A DNA stretch of 64,000 bases. Origin: Antedon mediterranea (Eukaryota; Animalia; Echinodermata). Positions 37,830-49,273 of this stretch are shown in pieces. The translations under genes and the position numbers were made by a program. Positions within the stretch are counted from its first letter, which is position 1. Every line of letters begins with the position of its first letter. The notes under the pieces were generated by a model that was not told the DNA's origin, did no database searches, and saw only the letters and a list, made by a program, of their open reading frames with translations. The DNA lies in the NCBI RefSeq assembly GCF_964355755.1, contig NC_092673.1:33911648-33975647 (forward strand), in the 5' to 3' direction.

Positions 37830-39780
37830 TCTTTATCTGTCTGCTCAGCAGAAGCACAGAGAGAGCCTCTCTTCTGCTGGCGTCGTGTGTTGTATTAATA
37901 TTTGCACAATATAAATAAGGAGGAAGGAGGCTCCGCTCCTTCCGAACCGAGCTGACGATTAATTGAGCGGTGAATCAGGTTCAGTTCCTGGAACTTAGCT
38001 ATGTATTTGCGACCCGTTGTTTTCTTCTATTTGCCAACAAACAAACAGGAAAGAATGAAAAAGTTTGTTTCGGCAGTGTAAGCCTAGCCTAGGGCCTACA
38101 GTAATATGATTCTCTGTTTCGTCACGGTTCAATAAAGCACAACAAAACATCCGCGGCCAAGTTAGCAACAGTAACGATGTGGTGGCGCTATTCATAGAAA
38201 GATTAGGGGTTTTCCCTTTTTAGATTCGTTCATTACCACATGTTTAGATAACAAATAAACGATTTACGGGCTTATTTAACGGAGCTCGACAGACCGTAAA
38301 GACGTAATTATTCGGGTTTATGTATGCTCAAACGTACTATATTGTTTATTCTTATAACACCAAACTAGTATTTTATTATAGATTCATTATCAACATACTC
38401 AAGTAGGCCTACGTCAATATAGAATTTCAATCATATTTGAGAATTAATTGAGGTGTAATATAAAAATACCGTATTTAATGACTAAAACGACTACCTATGA
38501 ATAGTATCTCTATCTTTAGTTTCCATTTGTAATCATTTCAAATATTCAGGAAAATGCTTTAAAATATTTATACAAATTTAAAAAAAAAACCTCATTTAAA
38601 CAACCATAATTTTAATCACACATAATACCACATACAGTATACAGAAATCAGATATATAAAATTATATGTTTTCTATATATTTTATAGGCCTAATCTAACT
38701 ACCAAAATATAATCCCTTTTCCAACAACATGCTTTTTAACCTTTTGATTCTAGCACGAAATATTTACATTAGAATAAATTAGATACCCAACACTGTTTTA
38801 ATAACATTAATGAGTTACAAAATGTTTATTTATTTATTTGGAATTACACCTTTCGATCGGTGCATCCTTTGTTTCGTTTAATCACACATAATTAAAATTA
38901 ATTAATGAAAAAATTAATTAATTAAAATTTTTTCGTTATTCCAAAATACCCATAACCACAATTATATCGCCATCTTGCTACTAATATATTAATAATCAAA
39001 TATATTACAAGGCCTCTTTAGGGAATTTGTATTGATGGTATACTTCATCATTGCCAACAGGCTGATAATACAGTATCATAAATGCACATGGATCATCCCA
39101 GATATAATATAAATTTTTGATTATGCTGATGTACTGCTAATAAAATACAATATTTAATAATTATACACAAAATATATTTACTATAATGATAAAAGCCATA
39201 TCAAAAAACTTAAATAATCTTAAAAACACATTAAAAACAAACATATTTTAACATACAAAATAATACACACATGCAAAATAATGTTAGGAAAATATTAAAA
39301 TACAGTAGTGTTTAAAAAAAATATATGTTATTAATAGCACCAAAACCTATTAAACTTATGATATGAACTGAATATGAATATAAAAAAAATGAAATGAAAA
39401 TATCAAAAGTATATAATTTCACCTGAGAATAATTTATACTTGATAATGAACATTTGATTGATCATACTAGAGTGATATAGTTTAATTTATAATTGTTTGA
39501 TAAGGCGCAATATAAATTGTGTATGATCAATAAGTTATAATAAACAATATAGTGTTACTGTAATTAATTTAAATTTTGGTTTAGTTGTACTTACAAAATG
39601 AGTTTTTATTCCAGTTTGTTTGGAATAGTGGATATCAAATATTATACATGATATTTTAAAATAAAAAAGAAAGAGCATTAAAACATAAAACTTTGAAAAA
39701 TGCTAATTTGTAAAAACTTGTCATTTTTCAACCCTTAATTACATTTGTGATTAGCAATTAAAAGTCCTTAACCACTCTGT

Positions 39781-40201
39781 TGGGACATCCATATTAAGGG
39801 GACACTTCCGTGAGGGCAACAGTATATTATCATCACAGGATAACACTACTTTGTGTGACAACAAAATGTGATGTGCCCATATATGGACTTGATGATATAT
39901 CATCTGTGTCTCGTTGTGCTTGTGTATGTAGCTTAATTTGTTTATTTTTCTTTATTCTTGTTATCTATTTATTCATATTTTATTTTTTATTTATTTATTG
40001 ACTACTTTTGAAACATTTATTATATATACTTTTTGAATTATTCTTCTCTGTTGGAACTAGCATTAAAGCCCTTAAAAATAAAACTGCTATTTGTCAATGA
40101 TGTATCTTATAAAAATTGAATCGAATTGAATATCACTACCATATTTGGGAATACTTTGCTGAGTCCTAAAAAAGGTGTCCCCTTAATAGAGGCTCTACTG
40201 C
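39781..40201. mobile_element. Nested insertion: tattaaggggacac MITE containing a family A MITE containing a retroposon tail
   Basis: Outer ends tattaaggggacac / ggtgtccccttaatagagg; family A core split at about 39903/40130 by an AT-rich insert ending in (aattg)n. Confidence 0.55.
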
Positions 40202-42852
40202 ATACAACCTTCATTATAAATCAGCTACAGTAACCATATTCTGTATACTGTACAGTTTATTTTCACAAGTCTTCTTTTATAAAATTTCATTATTTTATCC
40301 TTTGAAAATGATATACTGGTAAATAAACAACATATGAAGTACACTATAGATGATTTTGTATAGACAACAATATTAACCAAAGGCAAATGTGTATAAAAGC
40401 CTATCTGAATTCCCAATGGTTTATCCATATGGTAATGTACATTGTATATCCTTTCATTAAAAGCTAAAGTTAATTAAGGATATTGTGATGGGGATAACAC
40501 ACACATATTGCATACATTGGCTGTTTTCCTTTACAGCTCTTAACATGATTATAATAATTACAGTAACTCTTAAAAATTTATCAGCCTCTGTTAAGTTTAA
40601 CTGTATGCTATAAAATCTATATTTGCAGTTTAAGAATATATATCAAATGCCAGTTTATGTAATATATATAATTTATATGTTTCTATATAATATTTAATTA
40701 TTTTAGATACACTACGAATAATGAATATATAAGTATTGTTGATTTACATCAAAATTTAAATTAATTACACAATATGTTTTAACCATAAAAGGTGTTTGTT
40801 ACAAAAACATTTATTTACAAAGAGCATAAAATTAGTTAACTCAACAATCCAAAATACTTAATTCTGAATAAGCACTACAATTCGGTGAATAATGATAATA
40901 GGTATAGAAATAAATACAAAAATCATTAGTAATTCAAACAGATGATAAAAAAAATAAAATAAAAAATAAGCACTACAATCAAATTACCACACCCCACAAA
41001 TAAAATTATCACACCCCAATAATGGGACAGATAAATGCTTTGTTTAACCACCACCTTTCCACAACCCTTCAAAATAAATCTTTCTTTCTTTCTCTATATT
41101 TAGGCAAACTGCCAAGGATAACAATAAGCGAATTAATTCACTAATATTCTTAAAGGTTGCAATCCTGTTCACAAGACAAACATACACAAGTTGCTCTACA
41201 TAAACAAAGTCTTATTACAAGTCTTTGAGAGTGGAGTTGTAATTTGCCATTAGAAAAAATCCTGATATATGACAGGACTTGAACCCAGGACCCTTGGATT
41301 GGCATCCAAGCATCATAAATCTATTATATTTTCCTATAAGACTTCATTCATACAACCAATGAGTGTCAATGTCCAATTCATTCAGTATACAATAAAGAAT
41401 AGGTACTGTATTGTACAGTAGTTTAATAAATGAATAAACATATCATTGACGTTGTATAGTATATTCGACAACAACAACAAAACTAATTAACTTAAAAAAC
41501 ATATTTTCTAGTGTTTGAAAACATAAATAAATATATCTACCACATGTGGGTTTTAATAATAGATACTATAGTCACACACGCATATTCAATTTAAAATAAA
41601 TACATAATTTAAAAGGTGGAAACATATAGGTGGGAAGGTTTGGGAATAACAATGATCAAAAAGGTGGATTTTAAAAGTTGATATATAAATGATAATAATC
41701 TAGTTAATATATTGGGCATCTTCTAGACTCCGGAAGTTAAAAAAATAAAATTTGGGATGGTTCATGGCCATCCTTCTATTATCAAGTTTATATAGCAGTT
41801 ATGTACAAATTCAAGTTATACATATTGATACTTATATAACATACACCAATCAAGCTAAGATACATATCTACAGTACAATAGATATTATTTTTCTGTGATA
41901 TTGTAATTAAAATATAAAATACAGTGTCATGAGACACTCCTGTACAGGCTGAGCTTGCTTTAAAGCTTGGTTTAAATGCCGTAATCGCAGCGCAAGTAAT
42001 CTGACCAATCACAAGTAATGGATTACAGTATCCGAACTGTCGTCATTGGTCAATTCGGTTGTTTATTTTGTCCTTTAGTTGTAGATGGAAATTGCTTAGA
42101 AAAAGGTAGAATACAACGATGCGTACAGGCCTGCATAAGAATATTATATTATATAGTACCATGGAGTCTCCCAGTCCAATTTGAACAAGCTAATCCAGGT
42201 CTATTCTAAAGTCACCAATATGCTATAACAATGTACTATTGTAATTGTTCACCATGCAAAACTTTACAATACAAAAATACCGATTGATGTCTGACCTTTG
42301 GTAAACTTATAACACACTCAAAACTTCTAAAACTATTTTGATATTTCAACAAACAACAACTACAGTAAGGTATACCTCAGACTATCAATGAGTTTAGCCA
42401 TTTTGTATTTTAATATTTCAAATGTAGCAAGGTTGAGAATATTAAAAACATGACAAGGAAGGTAAACGTCAAGAAGTATACAATATTTTTTGTAAATTTT
42501 GTATAATTAAAAAAATGTATTTAAAAAGTACCATTTTAAACAAAAAATGTATCTTGGAAGTCCATATTCAGGAAGTAACTAGTCTGTGTTAATTAGGTGA
42601 ACAGGTGTTAAGGGCTACTTACATTACAACAATAACAAAATCTTGGTGCCAAAGAAATGCAAACTGACAATCAATGGCTCGAACCTACAACCATTGATTG
42701 GAAGCCCATAATTTTAGCAATGTACCACAACATGAACAACAACTTGGAATACTGTAAAACATGGTTATACGATTTATAGTCTTGGTTCTTCGGTGATTTA
42801 GCTTAAATTTTCTTGGGTGACATTTTGAAATGTCATCAGATATTGTCCCCAT

Positions 42853-43701
42853 TCATTCACTGTCAAAACACTCATCAGCATCGTCATTGTCTTTTGTGAT
42901 GAGTTGCATAGACACATCATTATGGTTAGAGTTCCTCATTGATGCATATTTTGTTTTGTTTGATGAAAATGAGCGAAACACAAGTGCGAAAATACCATAT
43001 ATGACAAGAAGAAGAAACATATCAATTAAAAGATGCCACGTGAAGGCCACTGTTACAAACATCACATTTTTATGATCGTCTTGGTCCCATGGTTCTCCTG
43101 ATGGCGGATTGTACAAAACAATACCGACCATCCAAAACCACGTTCCTTGTAACATTGTGAACAATATTCGCATTAGAACGAAAGTTCTGTTTTCATTGCT
43201 GAAGACTTCTCCGAGAACGCTAGCGAAACATCCGAAAATAGAGAGAACCAACAATATGTGAATGTGCACGTCAAGTTCTTCGCGATGATGCACGTGATAA
43301 TAGAACAACAAACCTTCAATGAAAAAGGCTAATGCACCAAATATTTTTTCGTAATTCTTAAGCGACGGAAGGAATGATCTTCCTAAGGCCATAATCAAGC
43401 CGTAGAGTGCGAAATATGTATACATAGTGGAGTGTTGCCACTCCACAGAGCTGTGAAACTCGCCATCTGATCCTATGAGTACTAACTTGTTACTAGGATA
43501 GCTCATTTCTCCTATAACTCCCACAATGCCAAAAATAACAATAACAATGCCTTCGATAGGCAGTCTGCCAATTCGGCGCATTAGTGCGCTCTTGTTGTGT
43601 TGAGACGGACCATTATCATGGTACGATAACTGAATGATCCAGAAAACCGAAAAACAGAAGAAAAAGGAACCTGGAGCTGCGTGACCTAGAAAGGTTCCCA
43701 T
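42853..43701 (-). CDS. TMEM45B: Transmembrane protein 45-like (DUF716), 282 aa, single coding exon
   Basis: Starts MGTFLGHAAPGSFF; contains WQHSTMYTYF, EGLLFYYHVHHR..LDVHIH, LQGTWFW and FTWH motifs and several hydrophobic helices. An acceptor (tttgcAG) lies just upstream of the ATG and a donor is near 43801, implying a 5' UTR intron. Confidence 0.93.
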   Translation of the reverse strand: MGTFLGHAAPGSFFFCFSVFWIIQLSYHDNGPSQHNKSALMRRIGRLPIEGIVIVIFGIVGVIGEMSYPSNKLVLIGSDGEFHSSVEWQHSTMYTYFALYGLIMALGRSFLPSLKNYEKIFGALAFFIEGLLFYYHVHHREELDVHIHILLVLSIFGCFASVLGEVFSNENRTFVLMRILFTMLQGTWFWMVGIVLYNPPSGEPWDQDDHKNVMFVTVAFTWHLLIDMFLLLVIYGIFALVFRSFSSNKTKYASMRNSNHNDVSMQLITKDNDDADECFDSE

Positions 43702-44179
43702 TTCCAAGTATGTCTGCAAATAAATGAACAGAAACTGTAAAATAAAGAATCTTTCTTACCAACATTTGATAAATTAAAATAAACACTAAGAGAAAACTTA
43801 CCATATGATCAAGTATAGTTGAACTGATATTGGGCAAATAATAAATGACATTCTCATTGTACAAGCCTACCCTTATCACCAGTCAGCACCTTTTCAATGA
43901 CATACTGTCTGCCCGTGCCGTGTGTGTCTGCCGACAAAGGCTAGCTAGTGTAGTGAAGTAAGAACCAACAATAGGGTTGGCCTAAACACAATTCTCTGCA
44001 ATTTCCATTTGTCTTTTATTATTTGATTATTAATATGTAATATAATATAGTGTAGTAAACTTAATATTTATATAAATAAAATTAGGCCTATACCTTGAAA
44101 ATACAGCTTAGTAAAATCAACAACTTGGCACCACCACACACACTAAGTACGTGCGCTCTGTCTGTCGTCTGCTGCTCTA

Positions 44180-44260
44180 GTGACACTTCCTGCTTGTGAC
44201 GCATGAGTGAGCATTTAGAAGATACAAATCTTGTCCATTACCAACGTCACGTGACCTCTG
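44180..44260. promoter_or_regulatory. Putative TMEM45 promoter (ETS cacttcctg, palindromic gtcacgtgac E-box/CLEAR-like)
   Basis: Motifs lie about 500 bp upstream of the CDS, next to candidate non-coding exons with donors at about 44092 and 43801. Confidence 0.35.
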
Positions 44261-44456
44261 TTGTTTTACTATAATTACATGTACAGAAATAGTTTTTAAA
44301 TCTGTATTATAATTATCATCATTGACAACCATCCATCTTATATCGTCATTTACAATAATGATATGATAGTGTATCTTGGCAAAAAGTAAATACTGTATAT
44401 AACTTTATGAGACACATTGTTGTTCATCATGAAATTTATATCAATATTCGGTCAAG

Positions 44457-44486
44457 CATCATGGAGGTCACACCTGTACCTCCATG
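44457..44486. mobile_element. 30-bp CAT...CATG hairpin insert with 7-bp TSD (ggtcaag)
   Basis: ggtcaag|catcatggaggtcacacctgtacctccatg|ggtcaag. Confidence 0.55.
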
Positions 44487-46159
44487 GGTCAAGTAATTTA
44501 AATAAAAGCCGCTAATGCTGACTAGGTAAAAACTTGAAGAAGTGGGAGATACTTTTAATACACAGACAACAAATTTGTTTAAAAAAGGGGGTGGGGGGGG
44601 GGGGGAATTTACATATTTAGAATTTATATTATATTTGTAATGGATAATATTTTAAACTATTTTGTATCATTTCATTTTAAAGGACAAAATACAGAACAAA
44701 ATCACAAAAATGAAATAGCAATGATAGAGATCTTTTATTAATTGCTTCTGAATCACAAAACGAATCAGCATTTTTATCACAACATATTTACCATTTCCTT
44801 TGGCGTGTCATATCAACAAGTATGGAAAGCTACAACATGTATAGGTCTAAAAGATGTAGGTATATGTACTGCTTAACAAGACAATCAAAAGTGACAGAAG
44901 TTACTGATGAAACACATATTATGGCTTTTGAAAAAAAACGGCATAAATAACAATGGATAAAATGAAATAACATTGTCATTAAAAATCAGTTAATTAGGTC
45001 AATATAAATGCATGTGTATATGTTATATCCATAGTATGAAGAACATTTGTACATGTACATTTAGGCTTTAGTTGGGGTGGACCAAAGAATTTGTCCTTAA
45101 AAGTACCCTTTTGGGTCAAGAGTTTTTAAGATTTGTTGTTGTTGTTTAGTAGGCCTAGCTTTATCAGGCAACAAAGTTCATGATTTATATTTAGTTTTTT
45201 TAACTAATTGAACTTAGCCCAACTATGGTTGAGGTAAGACAATTTTTAGAATATGATTGCACTATATCCGCCCCAACTGTTTCCCCAAGCATAGCATCTA
45301 TGTGTATCTTCGAGAGATATCAACAAGAATCAAGTTCAAGAATAGAAAGCTACAATGGTATTTCTACTAGCCATACAATTAAATCCCAAATGATAATACC
45401 TTGTTTTTGGTTGCATACAATCGTACAAATATATGTGATAAATCGGGCTAGCTTTGGCTTGCACTGTCGCAGCAATCATATTACTAGAAGCGGGAAGAAA
45501 ATTTCTTCCCTGGCACAAGCTTACACTACAAAATGTATAAGCTAATAATGTACATGCTATATAATATGCGACATGCTAAATATGTGAGAAAAAAAAGCGG
45601 TTGAACAAGCTGGCTTTGTATATACAAGTACAACACTAAAGCCTGGTTCCCACTAGCTACACATCAATTGAGAAATTAATTTTCATCACATGTTTCTACT
45701 GATAATGGTTAAAATACATCTCATTCAAACTACATAAATGAGTGACACTATTTGAAACAACTTGAAGAAATGATTTTCATGAAAATAAGTCCATTTTACA
45801 TTTCAATGACGTATATATCTCACAAAATCATGATCCAATACCATAACAATCTTCCACAAAAATGTTTAAAAATTGGAAGGTCAGGTTATTAACATACTTA
45901 CTGTACATACAATAAGCAATGTGGTATAACAGCACAAGTGAATAGTAAGTTATTTACAGATAGCACTTGGGATAAACAGGTGATGGTTTAAGAATTGAGA
46001 AAACAACTTAACAATTCTACTTATCGGCAGTTTTAACAGAATATTAGAATAACTAACTTAAACTCAAATTAACATATTTAAAAGTTAAATCAAAACATAG
46101 TGATCTCAGAAAAAATATACGGTTTCCTCTTATTACAATGACAGATTTAGAGAATTTTT

Positions 46160-46290
46160 AAAGGAAATGAAGAAGTAAAGAAGAAGAAACAAAAAGAAAA
46201 CAAAAAAAAAGATAAAAAAGAAAGGAAGAAAGAAAAGAAGAAGGAAGAAAAAAGAAAGAATAACAAAGAATAGAAGAAGAAAAGAGAAAA
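46160..46290. repeat. Polypurine (A/G) low-complexity tract
   Basis: gaagaagtaaagaagaagaaacaaaaagaaaa... Confidence 0.8.
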
Positions 46291-49273
46291 CTCAGAAATC
46301 TAACTGTTTTATAAGTATTTGATATCTACAGGCATATAATGCTACTATTCATACATTTTATTGTAACCATGGTGATACTCACCAAATCTGGAAAGTCCAT
46401 GTGTAGACAGCGGAAAAATTTCAATTCCTAAGCACTTATGATGTACGGTAGTCCAAGGAGTATTTTTAGAAAAGCCCAAACATTATGAGAACACATTAGT
46501 TAACATTCTTCAACATGATCAATAAAACTCAAGAACCATTGAACCTTAATAAAAACAATTTCAGAAGTGTTTCTGTAATGTGTGAAATAAAACAAATATA
46601 CCTTTTACACTATACACATTTATAATTACTGCCTTTCTTTTTTTAAATTATGAATTAAGAAATGTTATACCATGTTTTCTATTATTAGCTTTTGAATTAT
46701 CTTAGCACACAAATCACTTATTTTTATAAAGAAAACTTAATTACATGATCATTTAACATATTCTATTTATAAACAAATAAAGCATTAAAAAAAAAAAATT
46801 GTTGAATGTAAGATAGATGTAGTTATTTAAAATACTGATTTAATATTGAGTATTTACAAAAATTGCAGCCATGTTTACAAATTACATTTGTTTTAACTAA
46901 TAAACATTATCAACATTTTACACAACAATCTAACATATATGGTAATTTTTAGTATTGAAAATGATTATTAATTATTTTCAAAATGAACAAAGACCTAAAC
47001 TTTACATTAGCATAGCTAATTTTGACACATTTTAATATACTGTACATGTTTGTTACATTATTTATTTCATTAATCATTTTTTTTCTACAAATAAAACAGT
47101 AAATGAATGGCTACAGGCCTATTCTTACAGGCAAGAAATAATCAATTATCAATCAAAATAGATTTATTTAAAACATTTTGGCAGTTACTATGTAAATTTT
47201 AATTGACCGTGATTAAAAATTAATCAATAAAAAACATTTACTGTATATTGTCGGATATAATCCAACTTTGGGTCTAATCTCACCACCTACTTTATGTCTG
47301 ATTTCATCAACATGCATATCAACGGGTATAGTACAAGTATTTTGGTTTAGATGTAGGCCTCCCTCTAGCCAGTTCAAATGAGTTTTTACAAGAAATGCTT
47401 GCCAAACATTTTTTTCCTGAACCAGGGTTTCCCCGGGTATAAATAGGCCTGTGTGTTCTAGGGGTGAGATTATAGCAGAGGTTATACGATACTTATTTGA
47501 TGACAAATAACTGATTATTACTGAGTTTAAGTTATTAATTATTAGAAACATCAGTTAGTAGAAACATGTTCATAGACACAAAATATATAAGACATATAAA
47601 TGGAAGAGGGTTATATTAAATAATACTTTGTATATTATGACATCGATGGGAAAACAACTGCTAAGACACTCTATTACCTTTTTAATATTTCAACTACTAA
47701 TTTCATTTATAATGAAATAAAATATATATTTTTTATATTCAATATGAAGTGATATAAAACAAAGCTTTAAAACATGTTAAAATATTTGACATATGCATAT
47801 CTTAAAATGTGTATATAACAAGAAGTGAGTTGCCTTAATGTAAACATTCTTATGAACTATGGAACGCCTTAAATCTAACCAGAATTGAGCGTTCCATACA
47901 ACTAATCAAGCAAAATCATGTTTTTCAATGCAAGGCCTTAACGATATTAATAAAAAATAAATCTAATAATAATGAATGTTTAAATATGAAAATAAAATAA
48001 TGATTCTGTATTATAAATAAAAATGTAAATAAGAAATTAAAAATTTTTTACTGAGAAACAAAATTAAATGTTTGGTCGGTTTTACTTTAAAATTCTTTGT
48101 TGCAAACTCTTAAAACCAGTCCTTTTAAAGGAACAATATCATTAAAATATTTATTAAAACTCTATAGTTTAAAGAAAAGCACACATTTAAAAGTAAGAAT
48201 ACAGTGTTTGATTTAATTGATTGACTGTTTTTTTTAAATACTAAACGTTATTATAAACTAGCAAATAATACTTTGGTCACCAAAACAATAAAAGAATATA
48301 TGTTTATTTACAAATTAAACCAAATTTCCTGGCTATTAGATCAGAAATAAAGTATTACGAAGTAGAGTAGAAATGATTGAAAATAAGAAAACTAAGGGCC
48401 TAAGTCAATTTGGTGGTTTTGATTGGACGAAAACATTCTGCACATGTGTTGTCTATCAACCAATCAAAAAAAAATAAATAAAATAAAATAAAAATAAAAA
48501 TAAAAATAAAATAAAAAATAAATAAAGACATGCACAGATGATGTAGCCACAAAAATTAAAGTTGGGTGGTCACAAAAAAATGGAACAATCTAATTGGGTT
48601 GTAAAAGGACTATGTAAAAAGAGTATTGGTGACTATTGGTAGTGACATATCAAAATTAGGGACTCAAGAGGAGGAGCATGCCAATGTAGTGATGGAAGTA
48701 TATCTATAGGATTTTAAAGATTTTATGTGAAATAAAAACATAAAACAAGTACAGTACTAGTACAAGAAGTTAAAAGGGTTACAATTTAACTAACTACTCT
48801 ATCTATATACTTTCTTAACAGGCACTTCTACAAACTTGAATTTTTAGTGTTTTCTATTGAAAAGAACTACCAGTAAATATCAATTCTATAGGTAAGTTTA
48901 TCCACACAGTGGATTGAAGACATCGATTAAATAATAAATAAAAAAATAGTTTTTTTATTATTTTTACTATATTTCATAGTATAATCATTAGTTCTTACTT
49001 TTCAATTCATGGCATAAAGGTATGCAATAAAAGCAGAAATTGAGATGGTTATTAGGTAATTGAGGTAAGACAAGGTTTACCAATATTGCTTAGTATTTTA
49101 ATAGTAACATTGTTAATTAAATTATAGAGAATTAACTTTGGTGGTGAAGCAGTGCTAAAAATGCCTCCTTTATAAAAAAAAACAGATGTCTAAAACAACT
49201 TGTGCTTTCCAACTGCATGGATCCAGGTCACATACACTCCATAAAAGCGTTTCTGTCATCTTGTAAACACAAC

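Noticed and set aside
46361-46408. Additional CATGG...CCATG micro-insert
   Set aside because: The flanks (ttgtaac / tgtagac) are not an exact duplication and the arms are only 5 bp; too weak to count.
45225-47551. ORFs 45225-45545 and 47213-47551 as genes
   Set aside because: No recognisable motifs; AT-rich UTR or intergenic context, and the second ORF overlaps a repeat remnant.
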